A DNA stretch of 20,000 nucleotides from an uncultured virus (IMG/VR IMGVR_UViG_3300042691_030539) (IMGVR_UViG_3300042691_030539); one strand, 5' to 3'. Counted from the first letter of the stretch, positions 8,344-18,283 are shown. Notes: a model not told the origin generated them from the letters alone. Numbers and translations: made by a program.

Positions 8344-9512
8344 TGGCAGGAGAATTAACATCATTAGAAGCAATTGCTCAAAAACTAGAAGAAAAAAGAA
8401 AGCAAGATTTAGAAAATATTCTTGCAAGAGATGGTTCTGCTGCTTCTGTAAAAAACGAATATAATGTTACCAATGTTACGGAAGAAAATGTTGCATCTTC
8501 TTTATTATTTAAATCTTTGGTAAAACCCAAATATGATAATGAAGAACTACTAAAAGCAGTTGATACCGAAGTCAAAGAATTAAAACCAAATATTCCAGTA
8601 CCTAAAAAGGACTTAATTCCAAAACCACTATATGATGAACAATTAGTAATAAATGATGATTTAACGAAACAATTAAAAACAGCAACCGATCTAGTAGAAA
8701 AGTTACAGTCTGATATAGCAAATGTTAAATCTCAATTAGAAACTGAAATAAATAATAGATTATCGATAGAGCAATCTAACGATACTTTAGTAAATCAATT
8801 GGATACATTGAGTAAAACGATTGATGATTTTGCTATTCAAATATCAACTGCGTTACAAAAATCAATAGAAGAATCAATTTTAAGAACATCCTTACAAGCG
8901 CAAAATACAGGATTCAAAGCCCAAATAAAAGCATTAATTAAACAGATTGATACTCTCAATTCTATAATAGAAGGATTGCAAGCACAACTTGGAGCAGTAC
9001 AACAACAGCAGGCAATTGTACAAGGAACACAAGCCGAAGCATTGGCTGCAGGTGCAGATGTTATCAACGATGTAGTAGTATCTAAATTAAAAACAAAATC
9101 AAATCCAAATAGACCAGAAATTTTTGCTGTATTGAAGTCTGGTGGTGGTCATAAATGGATAAACGGACAAACGCTTATACTAACTAACAATGATAAGAAT
9201 CCTGTAGATGTAAATATAGTTGTAAATTTTAAAGGCGGCGTTCCTGCGTGGTTTAATTTTAATGAAAGTTCTTTTAGTTTACCGGCAAATGGTGGTACAA
9301 AAGAAATTGAATTAAGGGTCAATGAAGGTGCTGCGGCGGGATATGATTCCAAACCAAAGAGTGGTCCTTTTGGCGGCCATACCGGTTCCAGAGACTATAA
9401 TGGTAATGATTTAAAAGTTACTATAAAAAGAGTAGACGGAACAGAAAAATCAAAGTTTTATAAATTGGGAATGATAAAAGCACATCCAAAATCATATCCA
9501 GAATATAACTAA
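8343..9512 (+). CDS. Hypothetical virion protein: long coiled coil plus C-terminal Ig-like beta domain
   Basis: Heptad-rich Q/L/I segment at about aa 100-235, then beta-rich LILTNNDKNPVDVNIVV..FSLPANGGTKEIELRVN. Confidence 0.7.
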   Translation: MAGELTSLEAIAQKLEEKRKQDLENILARDGSAASVKNEYNVTNVTEENVASSLLFKSLVKPKYDNEELLKAVDTEVKELKPNIPVPKKDLIPKPLYDEQLVINDDLTKQLKTATDLVEKLQSDIANVKSQLETEINNRLSIEQSNDTLVNQLDTLSKTIDDFAIQISTALQKSIEESILRTSLQAQNTGFKAQIKALIKQIDTLNSIIEGLQAQLGAVQQQQAIVQGTQAEALAAGADVINDVVVSKLKTKSNPNRPEIFAVLKSGGGHKWINGQTLILTNNDKNPVDVNIVVNFKGGVPAWFNFNESSFSLPANGGTKEIELRVNEGAAAGYDSKPKSGPFGGHTGSRDYNGNDLKVTIKRVDGTEKSKFYKLGMIKAHPKSYPEYN

Positions 9513-9517
9513 AAATT

Positions 9518-10819
9518 ATGGGAATTAAAAAATACACAAACTTTGAAAGTATAAATCTTAAATCAGAAAACGAAGGAAAATTTCTGAATAAGGAAGATAT
9601 TTTTATAGTTACAAAAAATGAAATCGAAGGAACTCAATTTGGTGAGTGTAAGTACGATGTTATGGAAGTTGCGGTTTATGATATAAATAATAACTTACTT
9701 CCCCATGCATCCGGTAAAACGGTTGCGTACATAAAAAAGGGTGATATTAAAAATTATTTATATAATATAACAAATAAAACAGGCCTCAATGAAATTGCAA
9801 TTAATATAGAAAAATTATTAAAAGATATCGGATTTACAAATGGTATACTAAAAGTCAATATAAATTTTGTAAGAAACTCCGTTGGATCCGATGATATATT
9901 AAATAGAGTTTGGATACAAGAAATATCACCCTCCAGAGAAGAAATCAGAATTATTCCATTAAAAACAAATAATGATAAAATATCCGAATTAAATAAAAAA
10001 GAATTTTCAAATTTAAATAATTTAAACAAAGATTTTTCTTACTATAAGAAAACACTTTTAGATACACTAAATTCTTTTGAAAATAATTTCTTAACAAAAG
10101 TGGATGATTATTTGGAATCGAAGTATGGCAAAGATTTTTTTAATATTCTTAAGAAAGATTTTGGATTAAGTAGATTTGATAATTTCAGAAAAAAAATATT
10201 TGATGATTTTAAAATATCCGTTAATTACTACCTTACAAATAAAAACTATAATATAAATCAACCCAATTTTGGAACACCATCCGAATTAAGATTCGAAGAT
10301 TGTGAGAGATATAGTTTTTCAGATATACTAAAAGGTGTTGAGGATTCTTTATATAATTGTATAGAATTTAATTCTTCATTCTTGAAAAGAAGAAGTGTAA
10401 AAATAGAACCTATACCTGAAGAATTTAAGGTTGTGGAGTTAGAGAAGCAAATACAAAATTTAACAGATTCCTTTCCAACTCCGGTTGTAGAAAAAGTTAA
10501 TATTTATAAACCATCGGAGGTTAATTTTAAATTTGATGATACAATACCAAAAAATTCACAAGATTTAATAATACTAGATCCAGACCCAATAAATCCAAGA
10601 TTGACTCCACCAACCGAAGATATTATCGCACCGCCACCGATGGCAGGGGATGAACCGGTGATACAGGATCCTGTACCGACTGTTGATCCAACTCCGATTA
10701 TAGGCGGAGGTGGTGGACCGACCGGCGGCGGAGGTGGTGGAGGAATGGTTAGAGATGAATCAGGAGGAACAACAGGAGATTGGAATACGATTAACCAACC
10801 AAAATTATTTATAGAATAA
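9518..10819 (+). CDS. Hypothetical baseplate-associated protein with a Pro/Gly-rich C-terminal tail
   Basis: 433-aa ORF in the baseplate cluster; EVAVYDINNNLL and IQEISPSREEIRI motifs; low-complexity last ~90 aa. Confidence 0.75.
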   Translation: MGIKKYTNFESINLKSENEGKFLNKEDIFIVTKNEIEGTQFGECKYDVMEVAVYDINNNLLPHASGKTVAYIKKGDIKNYLYNITNKTGLNEIAINIEKLLKDIGFTNGILKVNINFVRNSVGSDDILNRVWIQEISPSREEIRIIPLKTNNDKISELNKKEFSNLNNLNKDFSYYKKTLLDTLNSFENNFLTKVDDYLESKYGKDFFNILKKDFGLSRFDNFRKKIFDDFKISVNYYLTNKNYNINQPNFGTPSELRFEDCERYSFSDILKGVEDSLYNCIEFNSSFLKRRSVKIEPIPEEFKVVELEKQIQNLTDSFPTPVVEKVNIYKPSEVNFKFDDTIPKNSQDLIILDPDPINPRLTPPTEDIIAPPPMAGDEPVIQDPVPTVDPTPIIGGGGGPTGGGGGGGMVRDESGGTTGDWNTINQPKLFIE

Positions 10820-11002
10820 AATATTTATATAAAAAGAATGGGATTAGAATCACCTACTGAAAATCTTTTTGGCGGAGATGTTACTACGAATAACCAATCA
10901 CCTTTGGATGGTACGTCAGGAACTACATCAGGAATACGAGATACCGTACTTACCGGAAATACTACTTTGTTAACTTCCGGTGGAGGTGGAGGAGGTGGCG
11001 GT
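10703..11002 (+). repeat. Two GGN (poly-Gly codon) tracts flanking a gene junction: 10703-10744 and 10979-11002
   Basis: ggcggaggtggtggaccgaccggcggcggaggtggtggagga and ggtggaggtggaggaggtggcggt. Confidence 0.85.
10821..10829 (+). promoter_or_regulatory. Putative phage late promoter ATATTTATA
   Basis: Occupies half of the 18-nt gap, 8 nt before ATG 10838. Confidence 0.6.
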
Positions 11003-14000
11003 GTTTGGGTCCCACCATCTGGAAACGATGGAGTATTGAATATAATTTTACAGTCAACAGAAGCAGCACGATTTTTGGAAACAGGAGTCGGAGTTGGAAT
11101 TGGAACATCGGTAAAATTAACATATTCACCATCTTTGACATTTGGTAACTCAAAAACATATACCGCCGAAATAGAAGGTAAACGAACGTTAAATTATTTT
11201 ATAGTTTCTGTAAAATCCACACAAAATATTACAGGAGCATATTTAAGTTCTGATCAACTATTTGTAGAAGAATATATTTACGATTCTACAAATTCGAATT
11301 ATGTATTAACAAATGTAAGAGAGTTACAAAGTACATCGGGTACAATTGATTTACAATTTATATTTGAATCAAAGGTTAGACCTACACTTATATTGAATCC
11401 AGAACCAGATCCTCCTATATCGACTCCTGCAGATGATATTTCTGTTGGATATGAGATAGCTTTTGCTACAAATTTAAGTTCAGAACTAGGGGATTCAATT
11501 TCTTTAAAATACAAATTAGCAACAAGTACAAATGATATAGTTGATGAGGGAGTTATATTATTATCTGAAGGATCTACAGATGGGAAGCAAATAAAAAAAT
11601 CCATATTAGATAGTGGATACGTTATTTTTGAAATAGATGGAATGTTACCAAAAGGTGTATCTTATTCTTCCGTTTATTGGGCGAATAAAACTACTGCCGA
11701 ATCGAACATTAATGATTTTTCAAAATGGAATAGTACCAATCAATCCTTTAAGATATCATCTAAAGAATTATTAAATGGTGTTGTTGTATTTGCTGAATTA
11801 GAAAAGTTAATACCGAGCGAAAAACCAAAAATATCCGTTGTAAAGGATAGATACGATATAGATGTAAAAGAATCTGATGTAGAAAAGGAAGTATTTGTGG
11901 AGTTTTCGACAGAAAATGCAGATTATGTAAATGCTTATATTTCTACGGATAAATTTATTAAAGTAGATGCTAAATCGGGGATTGCAAATCTATTTTTTGT
12001 TAAGGATTTTTTAAAAGTATATGGACTTAAAAAAGTAATTTTAGTAGCTGAAAGTGAAAAATACGGAACAGGAGATAAAGTAGAAGTTTTATTAAATTTC
12101 ATTGCAATAAATGATTTCCCGTCTGTAACTCAAATAGTTTTTCCGAATGAAATAGATATACCAAGTTTTTCTGATTACAATATTAGTTATGATGTAACAT
12201 ATAATACATTTGCTACTACTCATATCAATGTTGAACTATTACAAAAAGATAACACAAAAATTTTAGTATTTAAAAATTTAGCACCAAATAACTCATTTAA
12301 AATAAATTTGAGAGATTTGGCTAAATCTTTTCCTAATTGGAATGGAAGTGATAATATTACACTTATCATAACACCAATAAACAATTCTGGTTCAAAAGAA
12401 TTAATAGGTAACACATATGAAATAAAAACAAAATTATTACAACCATCAATAAAATTAGATGAAGATTCGATTAGAAAATCTATTTTTGATGCATTTGTAG
12501 ATACTATAGCTTTTTCAGAACCACAAAAAGAAAGTAAGTATTTAACACATCTTGCAAACTTTGGTAATGATGAACAAATACTGATTTCTTCTTGGGAACA
12601 GGATAATTGGACTTTATCTGATAAAACGGAAGATGAATTTGGAAATATAACAATTACAAATGAGGTAAAATCTATAATACTAAAATTATATAACCCACTA
12701 CCTGCAAATGTTGTGGATAATTCTACTTTTTGGATTACCAAACTTATGGCTAATCCATTGATAGAAACTGTTATATTAAATGAACAGGATGAATTAAGTT
12801 GTCCTCCACTAAAAGGCCCTAATTTTAATATAGATATAGATTATATAAAGGGTAAATCAACTAATTACGAATCACTTGATAATTTAATATTAAGTGCATC
12901 TGTTTCTAGCTCATCGGAACTAATACAAAGTTATTTGAGTTCTTCTGTTTTCGATACATCAAATTTAAACGTTGAATATGTAAGTGGATCTGATATAAAT
13001 GCTGGATCCATACTTTGGGAAAATTTTGTACACTTTAGTTCAGCAAAAGAGCGTGTCATAAACTTTAGATATAAAGTAGAATTGATAGAAGCATATGAAT
13101 CGGCTATATCATCATCTTATCACGGAGGAGGAGCACATACGACCACTCTATCTGCAATTCAAGAAAGAGAAAAGAATTTAGATAAAAAAAGAAAAGTTAT
13201 TCAAGGATTCGATGGATTTGAATCTTTTTTGTATGAATCTTCATCCTTCGGATGGCCATATAATGGTTCTGACAGAAGATTAAGTAATGATACAATAGTA
13301 GATGTTTGGTATGATACTATAATAGAATTGGCCAATGATTATGATTCTATGAATTATAATTGTGTATTAAATAATGTACCTGCATACATTTCCGATTATG
13401 AGGAAAATGAAAGTTATTTACTATTTTTATCAATGATAGGACATCATTTTGATAATATATACTTTTATACAAAAGCAATAGAAAGAAGTAGGGGATTGGG
13501 TTATAAATCCACAAATGGTATATCGGATAAGTTACTATATGATACATTAAAATCGTTTAATTGGAATGCATTAACTTTGGATAGTAGTGCACAACTTTGG
13601 AAATTAGTATTTGGAATGGATTCCGATGGTAATACCAAAGAAAGTACATCCGTAAAACAAAGAACCCACAAAGTATGGAGAAGAATAATAAATAATTTAC
13701 CATATTTGTTAAAGCATAAAGGAACAAAACGTGGAATTTATGCATTAATGGCGTGTTATGGAATACCTGCATCAAATTTATCAATTATAGAATTTGGTGG
13801 ACCAGAGGTATCCGATGTTGAAAGCACAAAATCAAAATTTGAATTTGATAACATATCAAATACACTTATTTTTAACGATGGTGCGTATATAGAAATGCCA
13901 TGGAAGAATACAGATAAAGGTAGGAAGCCGGATACCATTGAAATGTTTATCAAACCGGCATATTCGGGAGAATGGACAGTTCTTACTGGAAGTGCAGATT

Positions 14001-16252
14001 GGAATTTATCATTGAGTGGTTCTGTAGATAGTTCATACGGAAAAGTAATATTTGATTACGGAACAGGAACTCTTCAAACGGATACTCTACCAATATTCAA
14101 TGGTTCGTTCTTTGGTATATGTTTAAGTAGACAGGATGGTTCGCCTGATACGTTTAGATTAAATGTAAGGCAATCTAATAGAGAAAGCGTTGTGTTTGAG
14201 GATAGTAAAACGACTACTGCAGCTTCTCACAACTACGATTCCGATGGTATTTTACGAATAGGTAATAATCAAAGTTATAGTGGAAGTATAGATGAGTTTC
14301 GTTTATGGAGTGAAGTATTAAATCAAGATGTGTTCAACCAACACGTTTTCTTTCCAGAGATGACAAATGGTAATAGTATATCGGCATCTACATCTGATTT
14401 GTATTTCCGTTTAGATTTTGAATATCCAAAAAATTTAGCACAAACATCATCTTTAATAAATGTTGATACCAATGTTTATTATCCAATAATTCAATTAAAT
14501 CCTTCAAGTTCTTTACAAATTACAAGAAATATATTGGAAGAAACTGGTTCAATTGGAAATAATGTTATACTATCGGAAAACCCATATACAATATATTCCG
14601 CATCTGCGCATAATTTTACATCTATCACATCATATCCGTATAATTTTGAAACAATAGAAAGAACCAATGTATTAGAAATACCAAACATAGGTTCATCAAG
14701 ATATTCTACAAACAAAGTAAGATTTGAAGAGCAGTATACGTTGGATGGGCAAAAGATAAGTGGAAGTGTTGGAGTTGATTTATCTATAAAAAATAGATCA
14801 ACGAAAAAATCATTTGATCAGGCTCCAGTAGATTCTAATAGAGTTGGATTATTCTTTTCTCCTACAAAGGAATTAAATATTGATATTGCCAAATCAATTG
14901 GTGGGTTTAATTTAGATAATTACATAGGTAACCCAGCAGATAGGTATAAATCAAATTATAAATCGTTAGATGAATTAAGAAAATATTACTTCAAAAGATT
15001 TGATAACAGAGATGTATACGAATACATTAACTTAATTAAGTTATATGAAAAGTCGATGTTTGAAGATATTAAAAAAATGCTACCTGCAAGGGTTAAGGCA
15101 ACAACTGGTCTATTAATCGAACCGCATTTTTTAGAAAGAAGTAAAATACAACAAAATAAACCAACAGGTTCAAATGATTATCAGGAATCCGAATTAGATA
15201 CAACCGAAACTAGATTAGTATTAGCGGAAACTGCAGATTTAAATACTAACATAGATACTGCAGATGAATATGATTTATTCGGTGAAGATAATCAATATGA
15301 GACAACGGTAACTGATACTAAAATAGAAGCATTAAATGCGGATGAGTATCAAGAAGATGGTATAATAAATTTAGATGATACAAACTTACTTACAGGTGAA
15401 AATGAGTATTATGAAACCAATATAGATGCTAAATCGGATGAGGCCACATTACAAATCGAATCTGAAAACCAATCTTTTTCAATGTTTGGACAGGATGCAT
15501 CTAATGATTTGGGATTTGGGATATATTCGATGCATGGACATTCTATAAGGTCTTACTATGATAGTAATGGAATACTACGAACCGAAAGGGTAATTGTTTA
15601 TTATTTAACGGAAGAAAAAACAAAAACATATACTACATTTAAAGAGTTTATTGATGGCGTTGGTGACCCAAGAGCTGGATATAATGTTACAACCATACCA
15701 TATTCCGAAACAACGTTGAATATAAAACCATTAACACCGATTACGGTTGGTGATTTAATAACTATACCAAGAATTGATTTGGAATTAGATGAGATTGAAT
15801 TTTTAGATTCGGATATGGTATTATGGACTGCCGATTTATTATTACTCAATTTAACTACAGATGAGTTAGAATTTAGATATCCACAATCTACCGGTACAAT
15901 ATATAAAGCAACTTTGACCGGATTGGATAATCAAAATGGTGCACAGGCAGAGGGTTACAATTTAGATTTTATCACTACACCGGGTACAACCGTAACATAT
16001 GGTGGGTTTCCTGTAGTTGGTGGTAGAATAACAAGCGTAGTTCCCGTTGATGGATATACACAATACCATTATAAACGTGTTGGGGATTTAACTAGGGGGT
16101 TAAAAAATTCATACTACAATGGATCTAAAAACACAGCAGCGACCACTTTAGATGGATCACCTCCTGTTGAGATATTTGTTACTAATCCAAATACGTTAAG
16201 AGTAAATAAAGCCGGAAGGGATGCAAATGAACCTATTTTGGAAGTTGAGTAA
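10838..16252 (+). CDS. Large baseplate wedge protein (T4 gp7 / P2 gpI-like core) with a LamG/concanavalin-like domain
   Basis: gpI/gp7-type motif WRRIINNLPYLLKHKGTKRGIYALMACYG (about 13675-13765); LamG-type TIEMFIKP...LRIGN..YSGSIDEFRLWSEVL (about 13930-14325); IKKMLPARV; N-terminal ~550 aa of beta-rich Ig-like segments. Confidence 0.75.
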   Translation: MGLESPTENLFGGDVTTNNQSPLDGTSGTTSGIRDTVLTGNTTLLTSGGGGGGGGVWVPPSGNDGVLNIILQSTEAARFLETGVGVGIGTSVKLTYSPSLTFGNSKTYTAEIEGKRTLNYFIVSVKSTQNITGAYLSSDQLFVEEYIYDSTNSNYVLTNVRELQSTSGTIDLQFIFESKVRPTLILNPEPDPPISTPADDISVGYEIAFATNLSSELGDSISLKYKLATSTNDIVDEGVILLSEGSTDGKQIKKSILDSGYVIFEIDGMLPKGVSYSSVYWANKTTAESNINDFSKWNSTNQSFKISSKELLNGVVVFAELEKLIPSEKPKISVVKDRYDIDVKESDVEKEVFVEFSTENADYVNAYISTDKFIKVDAKSGIANLFFVKDFLKVYGLKKVILVAESEKYGTGDKVEVLLNFIAINDFPSVTQIVFPNEIDIPSFSDYNISYDVTYNTFATTHINVELLQKDNTKILVFKNLAPNNSFKINLRDLAKSFPNWNGSDNITLIITPINNSGSKELIGNTYEIKTKLLQPSIKLDEDSIRKSIFDAFVDTIAFSEPQKESKYLTHLANFGNDEQILISSWEQDNWTLSDKTEDEFGNITITNEVKSIILKLYNPLPANVVDNSTFWITKLMANPLIETVILNEQDELSCPPLKGPNFNIDIDYIKGKSTNYESLDNLILSASVSSSSELIQSYLSSSVFDTSNLNVEYVSGSDINAGSILWENFVHFSSAKERVINFRYKVELIEAYESAISSSYHGGGAHTTTLSAIQEREKNLDKKRKVIQGFDGFESFLYESSSFGWPYNGSDRRLSNDTIVDVWYDTIIELANDYDSMNYNCVLNNVPAYISDYEENESYLLFLSMIGHHFDNIYFYTKAIERSRGLGYKSTNGISDKLLYDTLKSFNWNALTLDSSAQLWKLVFGMDSDGNTKESTSVKQRTHKVWRRIINNLPYLLKHKGTKRGIYALMACYGIPASNLSIIEFGGPEVSDVESTKSKFEFDNISNTLIFNDGAYIEMPWKNTDKGRKPDTIEMFIKPAYSGEWTVLTGSADWNLSLSGSVDSSYGKVIFDYGTGTLQTDTLPIFNGSFFGICLSRQDGSPDTFRLNVRQSNRESVVFEDSKTTTAASHNYDSDGILRIGNNQSYSGSIDEFRLWSEVLNQDVFNQHVFFPEMTNGNSISASTSDLYFRLDFEYPKNLAQTSSLINVDTNVYYPIIQLNPSSSLQITRNILEETGSIGNNVILSENPYTIYSASAHNFTSITSYPYNFETIERTNVLEIPNIGSSRYSTNKVRFEEQYTLDGQKISGSVGVDLSIKNRSTKKSFDQAPVDSNRVGLFFSPTKELNIDIAKSIGGFNLDNYIGNPADRYKSNYKSLDELRKYYFKRFDNRDVYEYINLIKLYEKSMFEDIKKMLPARVKATTGLLIEPHFLERSKIQQNKPTGSNDYQESELDTTETRLVLAETADLNTNIDTADEYDLFGEDNQYETTVTDTKIEALNADEYQEDGIINLDDTNLLTGENEYYETNIDAKSDEATLQIESENQSFSMFGQDASNDLGFGIYSMHGHSIRSYYDSNGILRTERVIVYYLTEEKTKTYTTFKEFIDGVGDPRAGYNVTTIPYSETTLNIKPLTPITVGDLITIPRIDLELDEIEFLDSDMVLWTADLLLLNLTTDELEFRYPQSTGTIYKATLTGLDNQNGAQAEGYNLDFITTPGTTVTYGGFPVVGGRITSVVPVDGYTQYHYKRVGDLTRGLKNSYYNGSKNTAATTLDGSPPVEIFVTNPNTLRVNKAGRDANEPILEVE
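15167..15451 (+). repeat. Five degenerate acidic 19-aa (57-nt) tandem repeats inside the 1804-aa protein
   Basis: GSNDYQESELDTTETRLVL / AETADLNTNIDTADEYDLF / GEDNQYETTVTDTKIEALN / ADEYQEDGIINLDDTNLLT / GENEYYETNIDAKSDEATL. Confidence 0.75.
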
Positions 16253-16269
16253 TAATTTTTATAAAAACT

Positions 16270-16278
16270 ATATTTATT
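16270..16278 (+). promoter_or_regulatory. Putative phage late promoter ATATTTATT
   Basis: Recurring motif, 21 nt before ATG 16300. Confidence 0.55.
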
Positions 16279-16299
16279 AACAAACGATAATTATATAAT

Positions 16300-16923
16300 A
16301 TGGGATATTTAAGTAATACAGAATTGACAGTAGATGCAATTCTTACTAAAAAGGGTAGAGAAAAACTTGCAGCAGGTTTGGGATTAAACATTACTCAATT
16401 TGCATTGGCAGATGATGAGATTGATTATTCTCTATATGAACCGGCACACCCATTGGGGTCTGCATATTATGATGCGGCAATTAAAAATATGCCAGTATTA
16501 GAGGCTTCACCCGATGAGACGCAAGTTATGAGATATAAGTTAGTAACACTTCCAAAAAACACAACAAGAATTCCTGTTGTTGAATTTGGTGTTCCTAATA
16601 TATCCGTTAATCAAAGAAGTGGTGAAGTGGCATTATCGCCTACAACATCGCCTGCAGGAAATAGAACTTTGGGTTATACCATTGTTTTAGCAAATAAAGC
16701 TGCCGGAGATATAGTTGGTGAAGGAGTAACATCTGAAGTTGGTTCTGTACCTGTGTTTATTGGTGATGATGTATCAGCAACAGCTGCAATTGCAAAGGGA
16801 TTAACATTTAAATTTATACCAAACCCATCATTAACAGCAACTACAAAAACTACTATAACCGTTTATGGTAATGAGACGGGTGGTTCACAAACAATTCCAG
16901 TAACCGTAACATACGTTCAATAA
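16300..16923 (+). CDS. Baseplate/tail-fibre attachment protein (N-terminus resembles the start of P2 gpH / DUF3751)
   Basis: AILTKKGREKLAAGLGLNITQFALADD matches the LTxxG.xxLA...IT.xAxGD pattern; C-terminal Ig-like strands TTITVYGNETGGSQTIPVTVT. Confidence 0.65.
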   Translation: MGYLSNTELTVDAILTKKGREKLAAGLGLNITQFALADDEIDYSLYEPAHPLGSAYYDAAIKNMPVLEASPDETQVMRYKLVTLPKNTTRIPVVEFGVPNISVNQRSGEVALSPTTSPAGNRTLGYTIVLANKAAGDIVGEGVTSEVGSVPVFIGDDVSATAAIAKGLTFKFIPNPSLTATTKTTITVYGNETGGSQTIPVTVTYVQ

Positions 16924-16931
16924 TATAAACT

Positions 16932-18188
16932 ATGGCAATAATTAGAGACAATAGAGGAGCCCTTTTAGCAAGTAATTTAGCACAATACTTGTCAGCAGTA
17001 TCAAATACTTCAGGAACTCCAATTGATACAAATGAACTAGTAAACATTGTAAATCAATTTTTAGGACAAGGAGAGCAAATAAGTGCAGAATTTACTACCA
17101 TAACAAATGGTATTTATAAAAAATTCGGACCTGTAGATAAAGTTACAAATAGAACAGAGATAGTTACATCTGGAATATGGAGTGATGATACCGGCTCTTT
17201 AACAGCATTTTATACATCATCGGAACAAATACAAGATGTTAGTGGAAAGTACTATATAGATGTATATTCAACTGCAAACACAGGATCTTCTGAAGTTCAG
17301 TTCTCAATAGCATATGGTGATATTAGTGGTTGGGGTGCACCCACGTTGGAGCAAGATGATAAATCATTTTTATCTACAAAAGCGGTATATTCACAATTGA
17401 GAAATGTACTACTTGGAACAGGGGATGATAAGTTTAGTGTATATGGTGGAAGTGTTGCAGGTGCTACCGATTTGGATGCGTTCTATGCAATCAATATAAA
17501 TAGATCTAGGTACAAAGAGAGATTGGATCCAGGAAATATATCAATAACATTAACGGGTGCAAGTAAAACTGTAACATTGATAGATGATAGTGGCGGAACC
17601 GATGAAAATGTATCAACATCAGGAAGAGTATACAATATGGTTAGTGGTTCTTTAAACATTGGAAGTGCATTAACCGCATCGATAAACACATACACTTGCT
17701 CTGCGGCAAATGGTAATCAGGGTTGGGGATTATTTTATCCTGATATGGGTATTATTTTGTTAAATCCTACAGCATTAAAAGATGTAGATTCTAAATTAGC
17801 AAGAGCAAATGCATCGCATGTTGGAGTTTATCATAATAATTCATTGAGTGGATCTACATATACAAACAATTCAGGTTCAATGGCATTACTTAATGTACTC
17901 AAAGCGGGAGCTGATTTTCAAGCCCGTAGAACTGAAAATGTATCAACATCTCATTACTTTGTTAGAGCTAATAACAGAGAGTTTAACTTCTCAAATAACC
18001 CAACATTTGTAACAGGCTCAACGGGTCAATTTGTTCAATCTACATTTGAAAAAAATCCTAGAGTATATGTAACAACGGTTGGTTTATACGATGATGCTAA
18101 TGAATTATTGGCAGTAGCAAAAGTATCAAAACCAATTGAAAAATCTTTTGATAAAGAAGTTGCAATTAAAGTTAAATTAGATTTCTAA
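16932..18188 (+). CDS. Virion baseplate/tail protein with a C-terminal GLYDD..L.AVAK domain; paralog of the next gene
   Basis: YFVRANNREFNFSNNPTF...YVTTVGLYDDANELLAVAKVSKPIEK..IKVKLDF. Confidence 0.7.
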   Translation: MAIIRDNRGALLASNLAQYLSAVSNTSGTPIDTNELVNIVNQFLGQGEQISAEFTTITNGIYKKFGPVDKVTNRTEIVTSGIWSDDTGSLTAFYTSSEQIQDVSGKYYIDVYSTANTGSSEVQFSIAYGDISGWGAPTLEQDDKSFLSTKAVYSQLRNVLLGTGDDKFSVYGGSVAGATDLDAFYAININRSRYKERLDPGNISITLTGASKTVTLIDDSGGTDENVSTSGRVYNMVSGSLNIGSALTASINTYTCSAANGNQGWGLFYPDMGIILLNPTALKDVDSKLARANASHVGVYHNNSLSGSTYTNNSGSMALLNVLKAGADFQARRTENVSTSHYFVRANNREFNFSNNPTFVTGSTGQFVQSTFEKNPRVYVTTVGLYDDANELLAVAKVSKPIEKSFDKEVAIKVKLDF

Positions 18189-18230
18189 AAGGAGAATAAT
18201 TAATATATCGGTTGAAAAATACCAAACAAT

Positions 18231-18263
18231 AGACCCAACCTAACAGGATTGGGTTTTTGTTTA
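18231..18263 (+). terminator. Intrinsic (rho-independent) terminator
   Basis: Hairpin ACCCAA-CCT-aac-AGG-a-TTGGGT followed by TTTTGTTT, about 45 nt after the stop at 18188. Confidence 0.75.
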
Positions 18264-18268
18264 TTAAG

Positions 18269-18277
18269 ATATTTATA
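18269..18277 (+). promoter_or_regulatory. Putative phage late promoter ATATTTATA
   Basis: Immediately after the terminator and 6 nt before ATG 18284. Confidence 0.6.
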
Positions 18278-18283
18278 TGTGAT

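Noticed and set aside
10703..11002. G-quadruplex potential of the GGN tracts
   Set aside because: Only two-G runs, fully explained by poly-Gly coding.
16256..16267. Perfect palindrome TTTTTATAAAAA in the intergenic gap
   Set aside because: Pure A/T, expected by chance at this composition, and too weak for a terminator.
18189..18243. AAGGAG Shine-Dalgarno-like sequence after the stop at 18188 and a possible ~14-codon micro-ORF
   Set aside because: No ATG/GTG/TTG at suitable spacing, and SD motifs are not used by other genes here.
18257..18283. TTG start giving the N-terminal extension MFIKIFICD
   Set aside because: It overlaps the terminator U-tract and the promoter motif; ATG 18284 is more plausible.
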